Source: Calcarisporiella thermophila CBS 279.70 (lineage: Eukaryota; Fungi; Calcarisporiellomycota). Taken from it: a stretch of 64,000 nt of DNA. How positions within the stretch are numbered: position 1 is the first letter of the stretch; each line of letters begins with the position of its first letter. The stretch lies in contig NW_027192195.1 in NCBI RefSeq assembly GCF_041956535.1, positions 832,785 to 896,784 on the forward strand, given 5' to 3'. Both the position numbers and the translations under genes were made by a program. The notes under the pieces were generated by a model, which saw only the letters and a program-made list of their open reading frames with translations, was not told where the DNA came from and made no database searches. Positions 15,678 to 28,400 of the stretch are shown in pieces.

Positions 15678-18376
15678 TCAGTTCTGGATCTCCTCTTTTC
15701 TAGCCAGAATTATGGCAGTGCGGCAGGGGATATATGCCTAGAGGAAAGAGTAAAATATTCGTTATAATATTTGCCTAAAAAACTGAGGAAAAAATATTAC
15801 CTGGAGAGAGTGTTTACGCCCATTCCATCCAAAATCAGAAGTAAAATAAGATTGGGCTTCATCAAGTCGATTATGTCCGCCAAATCCTTTTGAATCACTG
15901 TTGAGCACAATCTTATATTCACCCGGCAAGTCCACACCAATGCGATAGTCAGTAAAAGATTTGTTGGGATGAAAATTGAAAATCCAGAGCAGTTTCGCAC
16001 GTTCAAAAGCGATCACTTTGTCTTCTTCGTGTTTTAATGAAACCCAAGCCTGAATATTACTAAAGAATTAGTTTCAATAGATCGATATTTCGTTATATAC
16101 TATTACCTGGGGGGAATGAAGCCATCCATATCGTTCCTCCAAGTGTTGCATGGCTCCATCAAACGCATACAAATATTTGTACCGCAATAAATGGTCGTCT
16201 ACTAAATTGAATTGTCTACGAGCGTAATGGAAGCTATTATTGTTCCCTTCACGCGGAAAATCTAACCATTCAGGATGACCAAACTCATTGCCTTCAAAAT
16301 TAAGATAGCCTTCCCCTCCTAAACCATGTGTAAGAAGGCTATAGATTTAAATAACATATCGAGGAGAGCTTAGATCTTATTATTAGCAATCGAATATTAG
16401 AGAACTACTGACCGTATCATCTTATGTAATGCAATTCCACGATCGATGATTGGAGTCAACTCGGTTAAATCAGACATGTTCGTGTACATTTCTTTGTCCA
16501 TCAGCCAAAAAGCCAAGGTCTTGTCACCAACCAGTGCTTGATCATGAGATTCAGCATAAGCAATGGATTTTTCCTAAAAAAAACCGCGTGAAGATCAAAA
16601 AATTTGAACTCGATTGATATGAATTAAGAATAATTACCAGATGTCTTCGGTTTGTCAAAGTAAAAACAATGTTACCAATATTCCAGTCTTCATCCCGCAG
16701 CTCTTTTAAAATCTTAATCCACATATCAGGTATCGCCATGGCTAAGCGGTAATCAAAGCCTACGCCTCCCTCTGATACCGGTCGACACAAAGCAGGCATT
16801 CCAGACACATCTGCATTATAAGATAATAGAGCTGTTATTGGTTAAGCTTCTTATCATGCCACGAAAGAAAACCTACCTTCAGCAATGGTGATACACTCAG
16901 GGTAGAGTTTATGTAGCATGTCATTCGCAAGCATTAAATAAACAATGGCTTCTTCGTCGACAAGCTCATTAAAATAATCCGCATAGTTGCCCGAAAATCC
17001 GGTTCCAATGCCATGGTGAACGTAGAGCATAGAGGTCACACCATCAAAACGAAAGCCGTCAAAGCGGTATTCATGCATATAGAAGCGAAGGTTAGAGAGA
17101 AGAAAGCGGAGTACTTCATAATTTCCGTAGTTAAATAAGCGACTATAAGTACGTATATATCAAATAAGGTAAAATGGAAGAACCACTAAATTATAAGAAT
17201 AATGCTTGCCTATCCCACAATTCGTGGCGCCCTTTACCTCCTTCATGGAAATATTGATGGTCTGTGCCATCAAATTGATTCAGACCATCAAGGACGTTAT
17301 TACAAGCGTGGCTATGGACAACGTCAAGTAACACATATATTCCCATACTGTGGGCTGTATCAATTAGTCGCATTAAATCCTCTGGCTCACCGTAGCGGCT
17401 CGATACAGCAAAAAAATTTGTGACTTGATAACCGAAAGACGCATAATAAGCATGCTCCATTATTGCCATTAATTGAATAGCGTTGTAGCCGAGCTTTTTG
17501 ATGCGAGGTAGAGCATTCTCTGTAAAATCGTTGTAAGTGGCAACTCGGGGCTCCGGGCTGGATATTCCAACTATGAAAAGTCGATCCCATCAATAATCCG
17601 AATGACACGAATAATAAGTATTGTTTTCACCATGAGCTTCGTAAATTCGCAGGCTTTCAGGTTTATTAGGAGCTGTATGATTCCATTTGTATTTCTCGGG
17701 AGGATTCCAGAAGATGGCATCGTATACCGGACTAATGGATAGATTTTGTACCACACGTTTACTCCAGGCAGGTAGACGGTCAATACGTTCGCCGGCGGGT
17801 GTGATCATTGAAATCTACAAAATCATGGGTTAATGCAAATCATGAATCTCTAATATTGTATTATTTCTATATCATACTTTAACTTTTGTGTTGTGAGAAA
17901 TACCAGGCGAACCATCTTGATTATTCGGTACAATAACATGCCAAACTCCAAATTCGTCGCGCTTCATTGGATTAGCGTTAACATCCCAATTATCTTCGGT
18001 ATTATTAGTTAGTATAAGAAATTCAACAAAAAGAAGAGAACATACTAAATTCTCCAATAAGGCTAGCTTTTTCAACTCCAGGCGCCCATTCTCGATATAC
18101 AATTCCCTCTGGTGTTAAATTGAAGCCAAAATACTCAAAACCACGGGTAAATTTATCATATCCCCCCATAGTTTCGTCAATCTTTTGGACCCAATCTCGG
18201 TAATGAGAATATCTGCATGTAATTAATACGAAAGAAGACTTGTTAGCAAAATTTCTACGCGTTTAAGACCAAATTAACCTTTTTCTCAAAGAATCAGAAA
18301 ATGGAGCGAGCCAAGGGTCAATTTGAACAACTCCTGTGCCATCGGTGGGCATGGGATTTTCAGTGTCAGGTCGCAT
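15678..18376 (-). CDS. GLC3: 1,4-alpha-glucan branching enzyme (GH13)
   Basis: [35 protein letters not shown] (nucleophile), [18 protein letters not shown] and [18 protein letters not shown]. Confidence 0.97.
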
Positions 18377-18986
18377 TTTCAATTGTTTTTTTTTTCGCGA
18401 TTAGAGCGGAAACTAATATTTTACTGAGTGGCAAATAAATGCTATCGATTTATAGAAAACGCCCGCAGTGCTCTCGAATAGATCAGCCACGATAGGTTAA
18501 GTTGCTTCCAGGAAGATACGGGCCATTTTTAGAAGATATTCTCGAATTGGAGAAAAAGTTCAATTAGCGCGATAACCATTTGATAGCATTTTCGACATCT
18601 AATCAAAGAACCCTAAATATCTCGCCGTCTTTACACCCTTAACTTCCCATATGCATAGTAAAACTGTGATTTGGAATGAAACTAGAGCCTTTCTTTACTA
18701 CTCCAAAAACCTTGTTTGAAGGCTAATACGCAATAGCTTAGCCAGGAGAATTATGACGGTATGATCATATCCTATGGAGCTGCTGAATAATGGAGGCTTA
18801 TAACTTCATGAAATAGCTGAAACATTGAATTAATTAGATTCAATACATATAACCATTACAGGTACAAAAATCAATTTGCAGAGAAAAGGCGCAGTAATTG
18901 AATCGCGTTTCAAGTTCAAACTTCAATTACTTGATGCTCCATCGAATCAGCCTATAAACTTCAATCGGATTCAATCGTTCGCATCG

Positions 18987-21900
18987 ATGAGTGAACATGA
19001 AAAGTCCACTAAAACTGCAGATATAGGGGATGAGAAGTCTATACAAAATGGGGATGAAGACGATCGAATCGAGGAGGAAATGTTCGCGATGAGCTACGTG
19101 AGCTCAATCCTATCGGAACACGAGCCGCCACTCGAAATAGGAAGTCCACCTGAACGCGGTAAAAAGGGGAAAGAAGCGACTGGCACATTCAAAACAGAAG
19201 AACTCCTGGCTCAATTGCCTCCTGATCAAGCAAGACAACTAATTGCTGAATCGAAGGCCACGCCAAAACTCTATCAAATGACATTAAAAGAACAGGAGCG
19301 GGTAAGTAGTTATATTTATTTCAGATTTCGTAAATTAAGCAAGATCTCATGTGTACGATTATACCTTCTAGTATATTGATAAGACAACTAAAGAAAATTT
19401 CGATCTCAAAATGTGCCTTTTTTTCATGAGAGAGCGCTTGTCTAAAATGAGTAATGAAAATATTGAGCGAGTCTTAGCGGAAGCAAGTATATAATTATAT
19501 CCCTCTTTTAGTTATGTAGCTGATTATTTTGTTATTGATAGAATGATGAACTCAAAAAACGAATTAAAGAACTCAGTAACCAGTTAAAAAGTAATAAGAG
19601 CGAGCTACAAGAGGCTCTTGACGAACTTGAAGAGTTAAGGAGATCCCAGTTTGGTGACAATCAACTAGGACTAGGCGATGATGAAAGAAATGAATATAGC
19701 CATTCACTAGCAGCAATCGAACGTTATAGAGCGGAATTGAACGAATTACGACGTCAAATAGAAGAGCGCGATCAAGAAAATCAACAGCTACATCGAGTTT
19801 TAAGTGAAAGACGATTGACTAAAGAAGAAGAACTTCCGCCAACTGAAGGACATCAGTTGAAAAGCCGCTTGTTTGAATTGGAGCGTGAAGTTGACATATT
19901 ACGAGAGGAAGCTGAGCAATTGCGAGAGTATGCGGAGCACGAGCGGCAGCGAAATACGCTTTTGGAAGAAGAACACCAACAGATTAACGCTGAAATGGAA
20001 AATCTCGTTGAGCAAATGTTTCAATATAAGATAGAGCGAAGCAGTCTTATCCTAGAACGTGATCGTGCAAATTTAATATCAGAAAAAAATAGCAATGCAC
20101 TTGAAGCGGCTATCGCGAAGCTGCTCTCCCATGGCATTAATTTTAATCTCGATGAGGATGGGCTGCCGACTGAAGATATTACTTCCGCCCAGCCAGTCAC
20201 ATCACAAATGGATGACCTCAGAAAACGGCACCTTCAAAAAATCCGTCGCTTGAAAATGGTAAATTAACTCGGATACTTTTGATGAATACTAGCCATTTGT
20301 TACCTTTTTCTATTTGTTTAGTTACTTGTCAATCAACGAGCACATCTAATCGAACGGCTAAATCGAATAATGGGGGGCTCGGAGATTCGAAGCGGTGGAG
20401 ACATCTCGATAGAGGCTAATGAGAATTTAGAGGATTCTGATGCCGATGATGGTGATTCAGGAATTAGTAGTGTGGATATTGAGAATGATGGGGCTATTGA
20501 AGAAGTAAATGATTGTCTTCATATTCTTTTTTAATAATCTGCAATTGAATTTCTTATTGCCCAATAATTATTTAGGTCATCAATGGTGTTCGCGATCACA
20601 TAGCTGAACTTGCGTTGCGACAACGCCAGGCAGAAGAAGAATCAAAATCTCTTGCTCAAGAATTAGAAGAAAATATTCTGTCTCGGAGAAGAGAGGTTCA
20701 ATCGATTCAGGAATCTCTTGAAAGGGAAATTAATGAATTAAAAGATGTAATTGCTCAGCAGCGCGAAGTAATTGTTCAATTTTCATAGTTTACTCTTAAT
20801 TTCATTCTAATCTTTTTTTTCTCGCTTAGGACTATGCCCAGGAGCAATCGGAAAGACATAGGTTGGAAAATGACTTAAGGGTATTACGAGATAAAGAATA
20901 CGCTCACCGAGAGGAAATGGCTCGATTAGAAAGTGAGCTTGCTCTGGCTGCGAGTCGATTTGAAGAGGACGAAGAAAATATCGAAAAAGTTGAAATAATT
21001 GTGCCCTTGATTTTCAGGAGTTTATACTGATTTAGTATTCGGAAATAGTTATCACAACAAGTCAATCACCTGGAAAATGAAAAGGGCGAACTTTTAAATC
21101 GTGTAGAGAGACTCGAAACTCAATTAACAAGTACTGAAGAAGGATATGAAAAGCAGTTATCTACATTGAATCAGGTATGATTTGAACTTTTTACAATCAT
21201 TACTTTTCCTAATGATTTCATTTTTATTGAAGCGACTCGAAAAATGCGAGGAAGAGCGGGAGGAATGCAGTAAAATATTGCATGAAAAGGAAACAGATAT
21301 CTTATATATGCAAGAAGAGCTTGCTAAATGGATGGAAAAGAGCAAAGAATATGAAGAGGTTGGTTAAAACTCTTTATAATACTTATGTGAATTGTGAAAT
21401 GTTAATTTCTACACGTTTTTAGAGTAAAGAAACTTATTTACAAACTGTCAAAGAGACTTTTGTAAAACTCCAAGAAAAGGATAGCGAGCTGCAATTTATC
21501 AAAGAGCAGCTCAATATCCAAACTGAGCGTAATCGTGGGCTCAATGAGTCATGCATTGAAGCTGAGAACTGGAAGAAGGTATATCTCTATTCATCACATC
21601 TAATTTTTCTCTTGATTGAAATTTGACTTGATCTTTAGCAATTGATTCAGGCACGCTTAGATTTAGAAAAGACTGCGCGAGAGCTTGATGATTTAATAGA
21701 TCAAAATGAAAAACTGGTAACTTGTTGTAGTCTCAGGCATTCAATTTTAACATTCTTATTAGTCTTTTCTATTTTACATTACAGCATGAAATTAATGAAA
21801 GTTTAACTAATGAGAAAGCAGATGCAGAAAATTCATTACGAAACGCCCAAGAGGTATTATCATACATATCAACCTGCAAATACAAGCACGCCATAATGTT

Positions 21901-23499
21901 TGGATTCTCTTGTTTTTTGTCTTTCATACAGGAGCTGAAGGAAAAAGAAGACTATATTGGAAATCTTCTGAACGACTTAACTTCACTAGAATCTCGCATA
22001 TCAGAAGAACAAAGAGTAACTCAATGTTCTATATGGTTTCCTGTTTCGTATATTCAATTCTTTTTTAGTCTTCTGATACATCTGAATCTCAGCTACGTGA
22101 TATAATTTCTCAACGCAACTCGCTCTTGGTAAACATATACCGCAACTTAGACATCATACTAAATCGTGAACAGACAGTAACTATATTTCGGTGATTTTTG
22201 TTTTTATTACTTATTCACTCGCTATATTTACTCATAGGAACTGAAAATACCCAACCCTACTAATAACTATGACCTATTCCGCGAACATATCAATGACAAA
22301 GTCAAGCGATTAATTCAGCTTAATCAGTCGTATGAGCGGAGGATTAACGAGATTTATGAGCGAACTCGTGAACAGTTTAGGTAATTTCAATTACTTTTGT
22401 AAATGATTTGGCTTTTATTTATCTATGAATTTTATCTACGAATCTTAATGTATTAGAGTACTCTCAAATCAAATGAATGCGAAATCACACCAAGTGAATC
22501 AACTTGAGAGAAGGGTTGATAAGGCGGCATCCATTACTAAACAGTGGGCCGAGCGACTTAACATGTGTAAAAAGGAAAATGACGATCTTAGGGTTAGAAT
22601 CAACAATTCCTTACATATAAGTGAAATATTAAATGCTGAATCGTTTTTTAGCGAGAGATACGGGATATTTCAAAAAAGAAACTCGAGCTTGAATCCAGCT
22701 TTAATAGGTCCCCATTACGTAGTGATGCAAAAATAGGAGAGGCATATGAACGACTGCGGAAACTTGAAGAAGAACTCAAAGATAAGGAAAAAACTATTCA
22801 AAAGGATCGGAAAGCTGCTCGAAAGAGAATATTAGAATTGCAGTGTCAGATGAAGTAATTAGCAGAACTTATAGTCAATTTTCTCAATTTTTGCCATTTT
22901 ATTTACTTGTTTTCTCATTTTTAGGAACGCCGAGAAACTGTTGGAAGAAGCTAATACTCGAAAAGATCGGTTTGAACAACTTGTTAAGATGCAGCAGGAG
23001 GTAAAAGTGAGCATAACTAAGACATAAGTCATATTATTAAAAAATTACTCACATAGACGATGGCCACTCGCGTATCGCAGAAAGAAGATAGTTCAAGAGC
23101 TCCGTGGGAAGATATTGACTCGAAATATCGTGGAATGCTGGATCTCCATGCACAAGCTCTCGAGGCTGCAGAGAAAAAATCAGCTAGTCTTGAGAAAGAG
23201 GTAATATACAAGATATTTTAGAAATATTTAATTCTCGGTTAATTCTTGAAAAAATTCCTAGAATATGTCATTGAAACGCAAATGCGAAACACTTGACGAG
23301 AAGCTACAACGCCATGATCGTATTCTTGTGAAATTTATGAGACAAATTGAGGTAAATATATACCATTTTCCTCCGTTTTTTTTTTTTTTTTGCTTATGGA
23401 ATCTCGAACTATAAGGTTGTCAATGAACGGCATGATGTTGCTGAACAAGTACTGTTATATCTACGAGAAGTTGCGCAAGAAGCTAAAAGAGAAATTTAA
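18987..23499 (+). CDS. Centrosomin-motif (CM1) coiled-coil MTOC protein, Mto1/ApsB-like; start approximate
   Basis: CM1 motif MTLKEQER-YIDKTTKENFDLKMCLFFMRERL, long heptad exons, and a C-terminal ERLRKLEEELKDKEKTIQKDRKAARKRILEL resembling the Mto2-binding motif; many introns. Confidence 0.8.
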
Positions 23500-23793
23500 A
23501 ATGAGCTATTTGGTTGTTATTATCTGTAATTTTTTTTTATCAATATACTATTTGTAATGTCTTTATTTTTCCATACGCTTAAAGTACTCGCGAATTTTCT
23601 AATTATTTTAACTATCATAACTGTACTTATTTTATTCCTCCTTCCCGAAGTCAACATGTGAATAGTGATTACTTTTTATGGAAATGGGTATAAAAGACGA
23701 TATCATCCATGTTTAGTCCCTAATAGTATCATTATGCATGATACCCGATATAAAGGATATGTGATTTTATTCAACTTTTTCTTTAAAAATTAT

Positions 23794-23948
23794 GTCGGGG
23801 AAACCTAGTTCCCACTAACAAAAATTATGGTATCGAGACACCCGTTAGAGTGTTCGCACCAGCAACTGCTAGTCGTTTGTGCAATGCTAGCAAAAGCTGA
23901 TGAAGCCAAAGCCGTCTTGACCACTTTGACTTCTACCCAGGTAAGTAT
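23794..23948 (-). ncRNA. U1: U1 spliceosomal snRNA
   Basis: The minus strand begins ATACTTACCTGG. It has an SL1 loop GGTCAAGACGG, an SL2 stem with loop CATTGCAC (U1A site), SL3, the Sm site ATAATTTTTG and a terminal hairpin GGGAAC...TTTCCC; about 155 nt. Confidence 0.96.
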
Positions 23949-23978
23949 GAGGAAACAACAGTGTGTTGAGCGAGCTCC

Positions 23979-24017
23979 TTTTTATACTACAGGATACTTT
24001 GAGCTTAGGCAAGTTCC
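23979..24017 (-). promoter_or_regulatory. U1 promoter: upstream element GGAACTTGCCTA plus TATA box
   Basis: TATAAAAA starts 38 nt upstream of the U1 5' end, and GGAACTTGCCTA starts 31 nt upstream of the TATA. Confidence 0.6.
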
Positions 24018-24203
24018 ATTCTGGAATTTATGGGATTCTTTTTTTTTTTTGCAAATATCAGCGAATCAGAACAAATTTAGATAGTTGAGTATATAATTTA
24101 CGCGTTTTAAGTATTTTTGGCTGTTCAACATGGTACAAAAATTAAATGATGGTTTATTGAAAAAAAAAGAAAGAATCTCATCCATACAGCATATTCTCCT
24201 AAA

Positions 24204-25179
24204 TTAAAGCTTGGATTTTGGTTTATCATTTTCAGGGATATAGTACGCCATTTCAACTTCTTTCTTTTTGAATCTATTGATATAAAATCGATTAAAAAAT
24301 GACATCTATAAATTAAAAATAAACAGGCTCACCCGCATTTTTCATAAAATGGCACGTTCTGTTTGAATTATAAACAAAAAATATTGTTATAGATATAGTA
24401 ACATACACTATGAAATAAATCCATTTTACCTTTTCCGAACAATCAAGAATGACTATTAGTTTCAATTATAATTGCTCAGAATTAGAAATACCATCCTAGC
24501 TATATATATAGTTGGTAATACATACTCTTATAACATCCTAGTTTGGTCCCCACATACTTAAGCGCATCTATGATACTAGAGAGTATATAAGTGAAAGTGA
24601 TCAAAAAAACAATTCATGAATGTCATACCGAAATCCGAACTTCTTTCCTTGTTGATTTTTATCTACAGCAATATCTTCAATGTGCCCGACCTAAATACTA
24701 TGTTTTTTAATACACATATATATTAAATCTTGTGCGAGTGCGTAATTACTTACCAAACCAAGATGATGTACAAATTTTCGTTCTAAGAATATCGTGCCAG
24801 CAGCCACTATGCGACCTTGTGCGTTCTCAATTACAAGCGTGAAATCTTTTAAAATAATACTCGTATTATTTTTCGGTTGCTCTTTCTTTATGGATTCACT
24901 TACATTCGTGATTATGCCTCTTGAGATATGCAAACCTTTCTAATATTAAAGTAGAATGGAATTAGATATAGGATCGATTGCTAATTCAGTTACACTTATA
25001 CCTAAAAACTCTGCTTTCGACAGATTTCCTACTACCGTAAGTACATTCAAAGTGTCGAGAAATCCTTTATCATAATCCTCGCTGGATAATGGTCTCAACA
25101 GATAACCGTTCGGCAAGGCTGACTGCACATGCGGCGAAATGAGTTCAGTATCAAACAATAACACAGGATGTGAAGACAT
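24204..25179 (-). CDS. GNA1: Glucosamine-6-phosphate N-acetyltransferase (GNAT) ending in SKL
   Basis: Eight exons give LRPL..DYDKGFLDTLNVLT, ERKFVH, GHIEDIAV..QQGKKFG, GCYKIILDCSEKNVPFYEKCGF and ...KPKSKL*. Confidence 0.95.
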
Positions 25180-25498
25180 CGTAACGTCAGATTGGTTAAT
25201 TAATAGGAGTAGTTAGTATGAATGAATGAAAAAATACGAGAGATCGTATAATGAAATATTTAATTTATTTATGGCTTGAAAAATTAGTTATGTGGAGCAG
25301 GCATAGTTTATTTGAACATATTGCATTCTGTTTGCCACCTTGTTTTCTTTGATAATTGTTCATTTTGAAGACTTCAGTTTTTATAGTGGCTTTAAACTTT
25401 GACATCTCGTTCTGGCTACACAAGTACCTTTGGAATATACCTTTTTTAATTTTCTACGCGACTTTGTACCCATATTCGATTAGTTAGAAATATTTGCT

Positions 25499-28400
25499 AT
25501 GTTACGAGATTCGTTATCAACTTCGAATAAGTCTCGAGATTCCAGTATACAGGCACCATTATTGGAGAGTTCCTTGAAGATACAAAATAAACATGAGATC
25601 GGCCAGTATAATACTGTCGAACTAGCAGATCGAAGAGAGAGAGATGAATTAGAGCGCAACAATCATGCTCCCAAAACCAATGCTGTAGAATATATTTTTA
25701 GTGGTGTCAAATTACGTTTTCCATTCAAAGCCTATCCTTCTCAAGTGCAAATGATGTCAAAGGTATACAGACATTTTAATGGGTTAACCAAAGCGTTTTA
25801 TATGAATTCAATTTCAAATAGATAATTCAATCGTTACAAAAGAATGAGAATGCCTTACTTGAAAGTCCAACTGGTAAATCTTTAAAAATGATTATTAGGC
25901 TCATTATGCATTGTTCTAATATCTATTTTATTTTTAAAGGCACTGGCAAATCTCTTGCCCTACTATGCGCTGCGCTCGGTGAATTGAATAGTGTTCCATT
26001 TTAGGCTCTAACCCTTGATCATTAACTTTTTTTTATTTTTTTATTTTTATTTTTTTACAAAACAGCTTGGCGCGAAGCTGAGAAAGAGAAAATAGTCCAA
26101 GAGAACATTACGAACAAAAAGCAAAAAATGAAGATGGATCACTGTTATGAACCCTGTGAAAGCTCGCCCTATTTTGAAAGCTTACCCCATGGACCCGGTG
26201 CCATAGATAATGCTGCCAGTATGGAGAGAAGGGGTGAGGGCTCTGGATCGGTACAGAATTCTTCTGGACAGCCGGAAACATCACATGATGACGAGGATGA
26301 TTTTCAACAACCTGTTATAGCTAGAAAGCCTAATGTGATTAAGACATCAGCCGTAACTACAATGATGGAGAATGTTGATTATGATAGTAAGAGCATGAAT
26401 GCGCATCAGGAGCAAAGAGATGAATCTGAAGAAAAAAGGAGAAAGCTTCCGAAAATTTACTTTTGCAGTAGAACGTATATATACAACTTCTTTATATATC
26501 GTGAGCAGCTATTAATTTTGTTTACAATTTTATTCTTTAGGCATAAGCAAATTTCGCAGATAGTTAAAGAGTTAAAATCGAACACAATATATCGCCCACG
26601 TGAGTTCTGTATTAGACTGTGTATTATATTATTTTACTAATCAATCAGTTGTAGGTATGGCAATCTTGGGGAGCCGCAATCATCTTTGTAGTGAGTTTAT
26701 TACCCATATTGTTATCTTACTAAATCAAACACTGTATGCTCTTTACCTTTATTTTAGTTAATAAGAAAGTTGTTAAATCGGCAGATAAAAATCAAGAATG
26801 GTTTGAAAATTTCTGTTCCATTATATTTTATAATTTGTAAGCTTAACTCGTATCCGGCTAGCATTGACTTGATAGATCATGATGGGTGTCCGTATTTCCA
26901 TCGGGTTCGTATATTAAGCAATCACTCTCAGCTTCGTCGAAGTGGACCGCTTGCGATTTGGGATATAGAAGATTTGGTTTCGCTCGGTAGAAAGCAGAGA
27001 GGCTGCCCCTACTACACGGCGAGAGCATTAGCAGATGAAGCAGACATAATATTTTGTCCATATAACTATTTAATTGACCCAGGTTAATTTTTGAACATTT
27101 TATCAATAATTTTTCTTAACTTAACTATTCTTTTTTTATTTTATTAAGTGATTCGAGAAGCAATGCAGATAGATCTTGACGATAACATTGTTATCCTTGA
27201 TGAAGGTAATTTCAAGTTATCAAAAACCTAAGAACCTCATTAATCATTTTTATAAATATATATAGCCCACAATATTGAAGATGCCTCTCGAGAGGCCGGG
27301 TCTTTTGAATTAAATGAATCTCAACTCAGTGAACTGCAAAAAGAACTAGAAGCATTAGTCCGAGTTGAGGACGAGGAGTACGAAAACAAGCTGAAAACTC
27401 AATACAGGACTTTACTTCATGTTAGCTGAATAATTTAGTTTCTCTTTTATGTCTATCTAACGCCATTTATTATTAACATATATAGGTGGTAGAGTCAATG
27501 TTAAGCTGGATTCGAGATGAAAATATTACGTATCCCATTAAAGAATATGAAAGACAAATTAAAGTGTAAATCATTGCTTGAATATCTTTACAGATTTCCC
27601 TTTAGTATTAAACTCTATTATTAGATGGGCGAGCAAGGAAATATTGGAAAAGTTAGACTCTATTGGGATTAATGCAATTATCTTTCGGGCACGTTTATCC
27701 TCTCACCTTCAAGACGTAATTCAAGCAGCAAGGGATATGTGGCAAGATCGCTTTCAACTATTAAAACAGGGAGGCGAATATGATTCAGAAACTATGCAGA
27801 AAGAAGAAAATAGCCACATATTATCTGCAAAGAGTCTTCGCATACTAGAAGGTTTGGACAAACTAACTATTGAGTTAGTACAATGTATTTACAGACTCTA
27901 CTATGTAAATAGGGCTTTTTTTGGTGTTTGAGCATCTCTTTAAAGCAGGGAAGAATTACGCTGATGACTACCGTATGGCAATTATTAAAAGAATGAGTCG
28001 ATTCCAAAAAGGTACGAAAGACTGACTCATTACTTCATTAGTTGATGACGAAATTATAAGAGATGCTTCCTAAACATTGTAGATGGAACTACAATTTCAG
28101 AATGGACACACCAGCTAGCCTTCTGGTAATTTATTTATAAGATAAATTTTACAATTACAATTACTAAATCTTTAATTAGGTGTATGAATCCTGGTGTTTC
28201 ATTTTTAGAGATGGCATCTCGAACTCGGTCTATAATTTTAACAAGTGGTACACTATCACCGATGGATACATTTGCATCTGAGTTACAGACCCAATTGTTG
28301 GTATTTTTTTTATAATATTCCAAAGATTTAAGAAATTGATTTTTTTATTAGCTCTATACGCTTAGAGGCAAATCACGTCATTGACAGATCACAGGTACTA

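Noticed and set aside
23827-24084. 85-aa + strand ORF
   Set aside because: It is antisense to the U1 snRNA and its promoter and has no protein features.
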